Of a DNA stretch of 64,000 nucleotides, positions 9,375 through 17,201 are shown piece by piece. The DNA is taken from the NCBI GenBank assembly GCA_964533825.1, contig CAZHMU010000001.1, positions 103,978 through 167,977 on the forward strand, given 5' to 3'. The position numbers and the translations under genes were made by a program. Within the stretch, counting starts at the first letter, position 1. The number at the start of each line of letters is the position of its first letter. The notes below the pieces were generated by a model. That model was not told the origin of the DNA. It did no database searches and saw only the letters and a program-made list of their open reading frames with translations. Source of the DNA: an uncultured Oscillospiraceae bacterium (GTDB lineage Bacteria > Bacillota > Clostridia > Christensenellales > CAG-314).

Positions 9375-9980
9375 ATGAGAAAAGGCGACAATCGTTTGAC
9401 GGAAATATACAACTACTTGCGCGATTACATCGACAATAACGGCTATCCACCAACAGTGCGCGAAATTGCCGACCAGTTCAATATTAAGTCCACATCCACA
9501 GTACACTACTACTTGGAAAAACTCAAAACGAGTGGCATGATTGATAACGTTGCTGCAAACAAAAAGCGCGCAATCAGCGTGATGAGCAATCGCACCCCTG
9601 CAAACTATGTTAAGCTTGTTGGTAACGTTAGCGCTGGTACTGGTATTTTGGCGGTTGAAAATGTCGAAGGTGAGTTTCCACTTCCTAAAGATATTTTTGC
9701 CGGCGAGGAACTATTTATGCTGCGCGTTGAAGGCGAAAGTATGATTAAAGCTGGTATTGACGATGGCGATATGGTTGTTATTCACAAACAAAACGCCGCT
9801 AACGTTGGAGAAATTGTGCTTGTCTACTGGGAAGAAAAAGCAACAATCAAACGTCTTGTTGCAACACATCCAAACCTTGTGTTGCACCCGGAAAACGACG
9901 CTATGGATGATATTGTAATTCCTCACACTGACTCCCCTATCATTTTGGGTAAGGTTGTTGGATGCATCAAAAAGTTTTAG
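9375..9980 (+). CDS. lexA: SOS repressor LexA
   Basis: wHTH N-domain, Ala-Gly cleavage site (VSAGTG), S24 Ser/Lys dyad (GESM ... IKRL). ATG 9375 follows GAAGGAG. The track start at 9321 is an over-extension. Confidence 0.93.
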   Translation: MRKGDNRLTEIYNYLRDYIDNNGYPPTVREIADQFNIKSTSTVHYYLEKLKTSGMIDNVAANKKRAISVMSNRTPANYVKLVGNVSAGTGILAVENVEGEFPLPKDIFAGEELFMLRVEGESMIKAGIDDGDMVVIHKQNAANVGEIVLVYWEEKATIKRLVATHPNLVLHPENDAMDDIVIPHTDSPIILGKVVGCIKKF

Positions 9981-10070
9981 GCGAGCGTTATAATTCTATC
10001 AATCTTCCATCGGGCGTAACCTTTTGCCCTTGTGGGAACAAATGCAAGATTCAATAATTTCATTATGTCT

Positions 10071-10104
10071 AAAAGCCGCAGAGATATTTAACTGTGGCTT
10101 TTTT
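10071..10104. terminator. Terminator shared by convergent lexA and the DUF45-like gene
   Basis: AAAAGCCGCAG / CTGTGGCTTTT stem with a 10-nt loop, flanked by A- and T-runs. Confidence 0.7.
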
Positions 10105-10186
10105 ATGAAAATATTGTGATACCCTCCAACAGTTCTTACGCTTGTTGTTGCAACTTGATTGGTAGCAAGCGCTTGTCCATACTGAA

Positions 10187-10924
10187 TTAAATATCCAAAA
10201 GAAAATTGTAGTTAGCGATGGCATTTTGGCAATCCTTGTACTTTGGTTGAAAGGTAGACAGATAGCGAAAGAACTCCTCTGTGTGCCCCTGCATTTCGAA
10301 GTGGGCAAATGCGTGAGTGATCACGTAGTTTTGCAAATGCTGTGGCAGTTGTATCAAGCGGTAGTCCAAAACAATCGCACGAGCAGTTGCATCCGCACAA
10401 CTACACCACCGACCATGCAAATCTTTGAATTGTATCTTTGTGGGGCACAAGGCCATTGCACTGCCCAACTTGGATATTTCTTGTGACAGCGCATTTGTAG
10501 ACATACGTTTCAAAAAGCTTTTGATTGCCTTCAAACGCAACTCTTTGCTTGCAAATTGCTTTTCACAGATATACAAACAATCTTCTTGTAGGTATGTTTG
10601 CGAGTGCGAAGATGGCGAGCAATGATACAGCTGTCCGCATAGCAGCAGACTTTTACCTGCAAACAACATTTTGATAGCTTGATTGTCTATCCCATCAAAG
10701 TATTGCGGAGAACCAGTCACATTTGTTGCTTGTTTGACATCTGTGGTTGTTTGCGAAACAGAAAGTTTTTGAATGCGAGATGTAATCCAAGAGATGTTCT
10801 CTGCAATATGATTTGCAATGCCTTTTTGTGACAAAAAGCGGTAAGCAAAAACCATCACACTGCCGTCACTCTGTGGACAAATTTTTAGCTCTCTTTTGTT
10901 AGTGCGTTGAACAATTATTTTCAT
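10187..10924 (-). CDS. YgjP/DUF45-like (M48-type zincin fold) protein with a degenerate HExxH motif
   Basis: The C-terminal region (GRWCSC...VLDYRLIQLPQHLQNYVITHAFAHFEMQGHTEEFF) follows the YgjP pattern (rWGSC ... vvHELaHl..nHs..Fw), but the motif reads HAFAH. No SD is visible before the ATG. Confidence 0.6.
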   Translation of the reverse strand: MKIIVQRTNKRELKICPQSDGSVMVFAYRFLSQKGIANHIAENISWITSRIQKLSVSQTTTDVKQATNVTGSPQYFDGIDNQAIKMLFAGKSLLLCGQLYHCSPSSHSQTYLQEDCLYICEKQFASKELRLKAIKSFLKRMSTNALSQEISKLGSAMALCPTKIQFKDLHGRWCSCADATARAIVLDYRLIQLPQHLQNYVITHAFAHFEMQGHTEEFFRYLSTFQPKYKDCQNAIANYNFLLDI

Positions 10925-10964
10925 AAAGAAAGTATATCATCTCTATGCAAGCAATGACGGCAAC

Positions 10965-10990
10965 ATTTGATTGCTTTTCGAATATATTGT
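10965..10990. repeat. Left copy of an imperfect direct repeat flanking the PadR gene
   Basis: ATTTGATTGCTTTTCGAATATATTGT. Identical to the copy at 12506-12531 at 24 positions of a 27-column hand alignment, including an exact 11-mer GAATATATTGT. Confidence 0.5.
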
Positions 10991-11050
10991 CAAAAAGCGC
11001 TCAAATTACTAATTTTGGATATGTTATGTTACGCATAGTATTCTAAACTA

Positions 11051-11080
11051 TTGACAATATTAGAGAAATTACGCTATAAT
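11051..11080 (+). promoter_or_regulatory. sigma-A type promoter of the PadR-like gene
   Basis: TTGACA - 18 nt - TATAAT, followed by RBS AAAGGAGG. Confidence 0.6.
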
Positions 11081-11105
11081 TAGCCCATAAAGGAGGCAAA
11101 ACTCG

Positions 11106-12443
11106 ATGAGTGCTGATTTTACATTTCTCAAAGGAAATATTGAAACAATCATCTTGTGTGCGTTGTACAACAAAGACATGTACGGTTACGAGCTTGCAAA
11201 GAGCATCAAAGATCGCACACAAAATCAATACGAAATCAAGCAACCTACGCTCTACTCTTATCTCAAACGTCTTGAGCAAGATGGTTACGTCTATGCTTAC
11301 TGGGGCGGAGAGTCAAGCGGAGGTCGCAGAAGATACTACAAATTGACAGAAAAAGGTCGCGCTGACTGTGAGAAATTTTTGGCCGAGTGGGAGTATCAAC
11401 GTAACGTTATGGGCAGCCTTGTTGATGGCACAGCTACCGTTGAACCTGCTGGCGATGCGTCCAAATTGCTTGGTCGAAAAACTCCGCGCAAACGCAAGTC
11501 TACACGCACGTTTGATGAGCAAGACGAAATTGCACGCCGTTTGAGCGAACTTGACGGCTTGTCTGATGGCGCTACTACCGAGCAACCTGCACCGCCACAA
11601 GTGACAGAAGTTGCTACAACAGTTGTTGAGCCAGAGCCAGTGGTTGTACAACAACCCACACCACCGGTCGAAACGCCTGTTCAAGTCACAGAACCAGCTC
11701 CAACTGCGCAACAACAAGCACAACTTGCTTTGTTCGACGTCAACCAAGACGATGCGGAGACCTTCATTTCCGATTTCGACAAATTGGCCAGTGCATCTTC
11801 TCAAAAACTTGCAACAGGCACATCACAACCCAAGCAAGGGGAGAACTACCAGCACACACTGCTCAACATCATTGGCGATCAGTTAGACGAGGCGCAAGTT
11901 GAAAGCGCAACCACTGCGCCAACTGCAGCTCAAATTGATACTACCGCCGAGCTGGAAGAAGTTGCCGACAAATTTGCTCGCGAAGGCATCCGCTTGAGAA
12001 TTTACAATCACGCTGCCGCCAACTTCAAATCCAAAACCTTGATGCCATTGCCACAAGTTATTTGCAAATCTTCTTGGATGACATACCTTGTTGCAGTGAT
12101 TGTATTTGGCTTGCTTAGCATCACATCCATTTCCGTAGGTAACTGGTTGCCACCGCTCGTTACACTTGGTGTTTTGCTTTTGTTACCTGTTGCCACTTCT
12201 GTTTACGCTCTTGCAAACCCAATTCGTACCGAAAAACCAAGCTTCAAATTCAACGTGCTGCTTTTTGGCGCACTTACACTTGCAGGCATCGTAATTCTAA
12301 CATCCGTTGCAATCAGCATTTTCAACAATATTGAGCTATCCAACTATGTTGATATCGTAAACAAAATATTTATCCCATCGGCAGTTGCACTACTTCCCAC
12401 AGGATTTGTTTTGTCGTTCAACCATCATTACAACAAATACTAA
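11106..12443 (+). CDS. PadR-family transcriptional regulator fused to a low-complexity linker and a 4-TM C-terminal anchor
   Basis: N-terminal PadR wHTH (ETIILCALYNKDMYGYELAKSI...QPTLYSYLKRLEQDGYV...RRRYYKLTEKG). A P/Q/T/V/E-rich linker of ~230 aa follows, then four hydrophobic segments at the C-terminus. Confidence 0.8.
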   Translation: MSADFTFLKGNIETIILCALYNKDMYGYELAKSIKDRTQNQYEIKQPTLYSYLKRLEQDGYVYAYWGGESSGGRRRYYKLTEKGRADCEKFLAEWEYQRNVMGSLVDGTATVEPAGDASKLLGRKTPRKRKSTRTFDEQDEIARRLSELDGLSDGATTEQPAPPQVTEVATTVVEPEPVVVQQPTPPVETPVQVTEPAPTAQQQAQLALFDVNQDDAETFISDFDKLASASSQKLATGTSQPKQGENYQHTLLNIIGDQLDEAQVESATTAPTAAQIDTTAELEEVADKFAREGIRLRIYNHAAANFKSKTLMPLPQVICKSSWMTYLVAVIVFGLLSITSISVGNWLPPLVTLGVLLLLPVATSVYALANPIRTEKPSFKFNVLLFGALTLAGIVILTSVAISIFNNIELSNYVDIVNKIFIPSAVALLPTGFVLSFNHHYNKY

Positions 12444-12458
12444 GACATTAAATAAATT

Positions 12459-12490
12459 AAAAAGGACTTGAAATACCAAGTCCTTTTTCT
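12459..12490. terminator. Bidirectional terminator between the PadR gene and pfp
   Basis: AAAAAGGACTTG / CAAGTCCTTTTT hairpin. Confidence 0.75.
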
Positions 12491-12505
12491 ATTTTTGGAT
12501 ATTCT

Positions 12506-12531
12506 ATTTATTGCTTGTTTGAATATATTGT
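12506..12531. repeat. Right copy of the imperfect direct repeat flanking the PadR gene
   Basis: ATTTATTGCTTGTTTGAATATATTGT. See the copy at 10965-10990. Confidence 0.5.
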
Positions 12532-12620
12532 TTATTTCGGTTAGTATATACAATGCATTTAGTCTTGAATGCCAATCTTGACAAATAGCGTCCGTTGTTT
12601 GGCCGGATCGACAAAACGCA

Positions 12621-13850
12621 TTATTTATCAATAAACAAGTGTCTTGGCAGACCATCAACCATAAATGGTGATAACTCGCCAATGATTAGTGGACGCGCGT
12701 ATGTTTCGAATTCAGCAGAAACATAGGTTCCATCGTTGATGATCCACTCAAGTGGAACGCATTTTTCCTTGTTGGCAACTTCGCGGATATCCATCACGTC
12801 GGAAATAACAGAGTATGGATGATTGGATATGCGCTTGAATACAATCATTTTGCCAGTTTCGCCGCGCAAAGCAGCCAAAACAGCGTCAGCGCCAGCCATA
12901 AATGCTTCGGTGATGTCGCGTCTGGATACAAGGTGAGATGCACAACGTTGAAGTGTTGCCAAAACTACACCACGGCATTTGATGCCCAGTTGGTCGCCAA
13001 GGTAGTCGGCAAGGTACAATGCAGTACCGCCAAGTACTTTGTGACCAAAAGAGTCAACGATAGTTGTATTTTTGTTAGCTTCGCAAACGTATTTGCCATC
13101 GGCTGTCTTGATACCTTCGGAGACGGCAATAATAACGGCACGATGTTGCTCTTTCTTTGCCTTGACTTGTGCAAGGAATTGGTCGTAGTCAAACACTACT
13201 TCCGGCAAGTAAATCAAGTCTGGACCGGTGCAGTCTTCCGAACGAGCAAGGGCAGTCGCAGCTGTAAGCCAGCCTGCGTTACGACCCATAATTTCCACAA
13301 CGGTGACAGAGTCATTCGGGTATGTTTTTGCGTCACGGATGATTTCCTTCATTGTGCTTGCAATGTACTTTGCCGCAGAACCAAAACCAGGTGTGTGGTC
13401 GGTGCAAGCAAGGTCATTGTCAATGGTTTTTGGCACGCCCATAAAGCGGATGTCGGAGTTGATTTTTTCCGCATACATAGACAACTGCATTACTGTGTCC
13501 ATCGAGTCGTTTCCGCCAATGTAAAAGAAATATTTTACGTCAAGCTTGGCAAGAATTTCAAATATCCTCGCATAAAGATCTGGAGCTTTGTCCGCATGAG
13601 GCAACTTGAAACGGCAAGTTCCCAAAAAGGATGATGGAGTACGTTTCAAAAGCTCAATATCAAGGTCGTTTTTGATGTAGTCGGACATATCGATATATCT
13701 TTCCTGAAGCAAACCTTCGATTCCATTACGCATACCATACACGGTTTTGCAACCGGCATCCTTGGCTGTTTTGAAAACACCAACAAGACTTGAGTTAATT
13801 ACAGAGGTTGGGCCACCAGATTGACCTACCATTACATTGCCGAGTGTCAT
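12621..13850 (-). CDS. pfp: 6-phosphofructokinase, probably pyrophosphate-dependent (PfkA family)
   Basis: PFK motifs GGPTSVIN, GGNDS, PKTIDND, MGRNAGW. ATG 13850 is preceded by AGGAGA. The track start at 13856 is a TTG. Confidence 0.9.
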   Translation of the reverse strand: MTLGNVMVGQSGGPTSVINSSLVGVFKTAKDAGCKTVYGMRNGIEGLLQERYIDMSDYIKNDLDIELLKRTPSSFLGTCRFKLPHADKAPDLYARIFEILAKLDVKYFFYIGGNDSMDTVMQLSMYAEKINSDIRFMGVPKTIDNDLACTDHTPGFGSAAKYIASTMKEIIRDAKTYPNDSVTVVEIMGRNAGWLTAATALARSEDCTGPDLIYLPEVVFDYDQFLAQVKAKKEQHRAVIIAVSEGIKTADGKYVCEANKNTTIVDSFGHKVLGGTALYLADYLGDQLGIKCRGVVLATLQRCASHLVSRRDITEAFMAGADAVLAALRGETGKMIVFKRISNHPYSVISDVMDIREVANKEKCVPLEWIINDGTYVSAEFETYARPLIIGELSPFMVDGLPRHLFIDK

Positions 13851-13993
13851 AAACAAATCTCCTTATTTTATAAACTTCTATTATACTATATAATATATAA
13901 AACTTTTTTTCAAGATGTTTTTGAAAAAAAGAATTGAAAATTTGGCGAAAATAAGCATTTTTAGCACATTTGGCGGTTGCTTACAATAAAAGT

Positions 13994-14021
13994 AAAAAGG
14001 CCACAGATTGTGTCTGTCGCC
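13994..14021 (-). terminator. Terminator of rnhA
   Basis: On the minus strand, hairpin GGCGACAGA..TCTGTGGCC followed by TTTTT. Confidence 0.65.
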
Positions 14022-14134
14022 TTTGAGTGTAAGTATTTGATGATATATAGCAATAGCCGTCTATGTTTGTAAAAAAAATGATAGCACTTTTGGCTAAATA
14101 TTTGCACCGTTGGGGTGTAAAAATATAGGCTATA

Positions 14135-14596
14135 TTATTGTTTGTTTTCAGCAAGAATTTTTTGATAACGCTCTACTTCGCCACGAGCAAGTTGATCGCA
14201 ACGCTCGTTTAGTTCAACATCTGCATGGCCTTTCACCTTGATAAATGCCACTTTGTGACGATTTGTTTCGTACAAGAGAGCATTCCAAAGGTCGTTGTTT
14301 TTGACTTCCTGCTTGCCGGATGTTTTCCATCCGTTCTTTTGCCAGTTGCCAATCCAGTCTTTGTTGAATGCATCGGTAATATACTGCGAATCGCTGAAAA
14401 TTTCCACTTCGCAACTTTGATTTAGGCAACGAAGTGCTTGTATTACAGCAAAAAGCTCCATGCGATTGTTAGTGGTTTGTTTGTCATAGCCACTGATTTC
14501 CTTCTTGATTCCGTTGTAAATCAGCACTGCTCCCCAACCGCCAATTCCAGGGTTACCAGAACACGCGCCGTCGGTGTAAATTGTTACTTTTTTCAT
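14135..14596 (-). CDS. rnhA: Ribonuclease HI
   Basis: YTDGACSGNPG, NNRMEL, SDSQY and HADVELNERCD catalytic pattern. ATG 14596 has an AGGAAA RBS. The longer track ORF (to 14797) is the mirror image of the tRNA. Confidence 0.9.
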   Translation of the reverse strand: MKKVTIYTDGACSGNPGIGGWGAVLIYNGIKKEISGYDKQTTNNRMELFAVIQALRCLNQSCEVEIFSDSQYITDAFNKDWIGNWQKNGWKTSGKQEVKNNDLWNALLYETNRHKVAFIKVKGHADVELNERCDQLARGEVERYQKILAENKQ

Positions 14597-14627
14597 AAAT
14601 TTTCCTTGTAATTTGTGATGATATTTG

Positions 14628-14656
14628 TTGACATATTTTACCTTATCTATTATAAT
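14628..14656 (+). promoter_or_regulatory. Consensus sigma-A promoter for tRNA-Trp
   Basis: TTGACA - 17 nt - TATAAT, ~65 nt upstream of the tRNA and divergent from rnhA. Confidence 0.7.
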
Positions 14657-14722
14657 ATTAAAGCTGACCTTTGGCAAATGTTTTGCGCAACTTTGTAAAA
14701 GGTTGGAAAACCAAATACTCGT

Positions 14723-14796
14723 AGGGGCATGATGTAATGGTAACATTCCGGTCTCCAAAACCGTCCTTGAGGGTTCGAGTCCTTCTGCCCCTGCCA
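14723..14796 (+). tRNA. trnW: tRNA-Trp (anticodon CCA)
   Basis: Hand-folded cloverleaf. Acceptor AGGGGCA/TGCCCCT, D-stem ATGT/ACAT, anticodon loop CT-CCA-AA, T-arm GAGGG-TTCGAGT-CCTTC, discriminator G plus encoded CCA. 74 nt. Confidence 0.93.
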
Positions 14797-14835
14797 AAAA
14801 TACCTTGTTCGCACGAACAAGGTATTTTCTTTTTA
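14797..14835 (+). terminator. Terminator after tRNA-Trp
   Basis: AAAATACCTTGTTC / GAACAAGGTATTTT hairpin followed by CTTTTT. Confidence 0.8.
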
Positions 14836-15104
14836 CTCTTCACTTTCACTAAAATCTCTTATCTATCTTTATGATACATTTTCATAAATCTGTTAGCTTA
14901 CAACGAAAAATCTCGTTCATACAAATGGGATTGTATTAAAGCGACCAAAAAATTAATTTGTTGTCATACAAATTGTTTGATTGTAGAATATAACATTCCC
15001 TTATTGAGCGATGTACGTTTTTACATAGTTTTGCAGAGAGTTTGTATATTCAACAATTTGTACTTGCGTTTGAGGTCATGCAGCTTAATATTTTTATAAC
15101 AAAA

Positions 15105-15137
15105 AAAGGACTTGGAATTTCAAGTCCTTTTGATTTT
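15105..15137. terminator. Bidirectional terminator at the 3' end of rny
   Basis: AAAGGACTTG / CAAGTCCTTT hairpin with a 7-A run on one side and TGATTTT on the other. Confidence 0.75.
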
Positions 15138-15143
15138 GAGTTG

Positions 15144-16742
15144 TTATTTTGCGTAGTCGCAACTGCGTGTTTCGCGGATAACGTTGACCTTGATTTGTCC
15201 TGGGTACTCAAGTTCAGCTTCAATCTTGCGAGCAATTTCACTTGCAAGGAGAACTGTTGTTTCATCATTGACAACTTCAGGCTTAACGATGATGCGAATT
15301 TCACGTCCTGCTTGAACAGCGTAAGATTTTTGTACACCTTCGAAGGAGTTAGCAATTTCTTCCAGCTTTTCAAGACGTTTTACGTAGTTTTCCAAAGACT
15401 CTCTACGAGCGCCTGGGCGTGCACCACTGATTGCGTCAGCTGCAGCAACAATTACCGCCTCAACTGTCATTGGTTCAACATCACCGTGGTGAGATGCGAT
15501 ACAGTTGATAACTTCGCGACTTTCCTTGTACTTCTTGGCAAGGTCAGCACCAATTTGCATATGAGTGCCTTCTACTTCTTGGTCAACAGCCTTACCAATG
15601 TCATGGAGTAATGCACCGCGTTTTGCAAGATTTACGTCTAAACCAAGTTCGCTTGCAATGATGCCAGCGATGTAGGAAACTTCAATAGAGTGTGCCAAAA
15701 TGTTTTGGCCATAGCTTGTACGATATTTGAGACGACCAAGCAACTTGATCATTTCTGGGTGCAAACCGAATACACCTGTATCAAAGGATGCAGCTTCACC
15801 AGCATCTTTGATTGTGATGTCCATATCGCGTTTAACCTTTTCTGTCATTTCTTCAATACGAGCAGGGTGGATACGGCCATCTGTGATAAGTTTTTCGATT
15901 ACAATACGAGCAATTTGACGTCTTACAGGGTCAAAGCCGGAAAGAATTACAACCTCTGGAGTGTCGTCGATGATGATTTCTACACCAGTTGCATTTTCCA
16001 ATGCGCGGATGTTGCGACCTTCACGACCGATCAAGCGACCTTTCATTTCGTCACTTGGAAGTGGTACCGTTGTTACAGTTGCCTCAACAACTTGGTCACT
16101 TGCGCAACGTTGAATTGCTGTTGCGATGATGCCACGAGCTTTGCGTTCGCCCTGTTCGCGAGCTTCCGCCTCAATCTTGCGAACCAGCACTGCTGCTTCT
16201 CTGCGAGCATCTGCGACCATACTGTCGATGAGCAGTTGTTTTGCTTCCTCTTTGGAAAGACCTGCAACACGCTCAAGTTCTTGTTGGATGCGTTGTTCGC
16301 TCTTGTCAATTTCTTGTTGACGTTTGTTGAGCTCGTTTTGATGTTGAATAAGTTGTTTTTGTTGGATGTCGATTTGGTCGAGTTTCTTCAAGAGCAACTC
16401 TTCCTTTTTGTCGAGAGCATCTTCCTTTTGAGAAAGTTTGTTTTCCAACTTTGCGAGTTCCGCATTGCGCTCTCTAAACAGACGATCGTTTTCTTGCTTT
16501 AGTTTTCGTGCTTCTTCCCTTGCCTCGTTTATGGCTTCTTTTTTGAGTCGATTAGCTTCGTCGCGAGCGTAATCAATGATTGCTTGGGCTTGCGCTTGTG
16601 TGGAGCCGACTTTTTTATTTCTATAAGTCTTGTATAGCAATGCACCAATGCCAATACCGCCGCCAAGGCAGACGATACAAGCGACAATGGTAATAATCAA
16701 AGAAGTGGGATCAAAGGCAAGGAGTTGATTTAACATTTGCAT
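15144..16742 (-). CDS. rny: Ribonuclease Y
   Basis: N-terminal TM helix, coiled-coil, KH domain ([11 protein letters not shown]), HD domain (LLHDIGK). AGGAGG lies 8 nt before the ATG. Confidence 0.95.
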   Translation of the reverse strand: MQMLNQLLAFDPTSLIITIVACIVCLGGGIGIGALLYKTYRNKKVGSTQAQAQAIIDYARDEANRLKKEAINEAREEARKLKQENDRLFRERNAELAKLENKLSQKEDALDKKEELLLKKLDQIDIQQKQLIQHQNELNKRQQEIDKSEQRIQQELERVAGLSKEEAKQLLIDSMVADARREAAVLVRKIEAEAREQGERKARGIIATAIQRCASDQVVEATVTTVPLPSDEMKGRLIGREGRNIRALENATGVEIIIDDTPEVVILSGFDPVRRQIARIVIEKLITDGRIHPARIEEMTEKVKRDMDITIKDAGEAASFDTGVFGLHPEMIKLLGRLKYRTSYGQNILAHSIEVSYIAGIIASELGLDVNLAKRGALLHDIGKAVDQEVEGTHMQIGADLAKKYKESREVINCIASHHGDVEPMTVEAVIVAAADAISGARPGARRESLENYVKRLEKLEEIANSFEGVQKSYAVQAGREIRIIVKPEVVNDETTVLLASEIARKIEAELEYPGQIKVNVIRETRSCDYAK

Positions 16743-16793
16743 GTGTAAATACCTCCTATTTAGTTATAATGTGGTCCAATTTACCACATGTAT

Positions 16794-16822
16794 ATTATAC
16801 CGTAAAGAGCAACAAATGTCAA
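16794..16822 (-). promoter_or_regulatory. Consensus sigma-A promoter of rny
   Basis: Minus strand reads TTGACA - 17 nt - TATAAT. Confidence 0.65.
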
Positions 16823-17171
16823 CACATATATAAAATTTATAAAACACAAATATTTTGGCTAAATCTGACAAAAGCAGCAAAAAGGCTAAATTGATACGCG
16901 AACATATATACTATGTCTGGCAAAGTATTATACAAATAGCCAAAATTCGAAATGGACGAGGAGAAATAGCGCAGAATTACAAACTATTCTTCAACAAAAA
17001 GTCAAAAAAGAAAATTTGCAAAATTTTAGATACATGCGCTTACTGATAGTCATTGGAAGATTTTCGCACTACTTTTGATATAGTCAAAATTTAAAAATGA
17101 TATTTAACAAAATAATTCAATCTATATTCGAGCATATATTATGCGCCCCTTGAAGGGATGTCACGAACACC

Positions 17172-17201
17172 AAAAAAGGGATCGACTTTCGTCAATCCCT
17201 T
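17172..17201 (-). terminator. Terminator of recA
   Basis: Minus strand: AAGGGAT..ATCCCTT hairpin followed by TTTTTT. Confidence 0.75.

Noticed and set aside
10043-10070. dif-like AATAA-TTTCA-TTATGTCTAAA just before the lexA terminator.
   Set aside because: The central region would be 5 nt rather than 6, and the left arm does not resemble a Xer arm. It is weaker than the candidate at 24897-24924.
13940-13952. Exact 13-mer ATTTGGCGAAAAT upstream of pfp, repeated at 27890-27902 upstream of the deacetylase gene.
   Set aside because: My rough expectation for exact 13-mer repeats in 64 kb is tens of pairs by chance. It is not a palindrome and has no consistent position relative to the promoters.
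14597-14797. N-terminal 67-aa extension of the rnhA ORF (MAGAEGLEPSRTVLETG...).
   Set aside because: This is the reverse-strand reading of tRNA-Trp plus its promoter. The real rnhA start is ATG 14596, which has an RBS.
16855-17046. 63-codon Lys-rich ORF in the recA-rny spacer.
   Set aside because: TTG start, no SD, and an AT-rich low-complexity translation.
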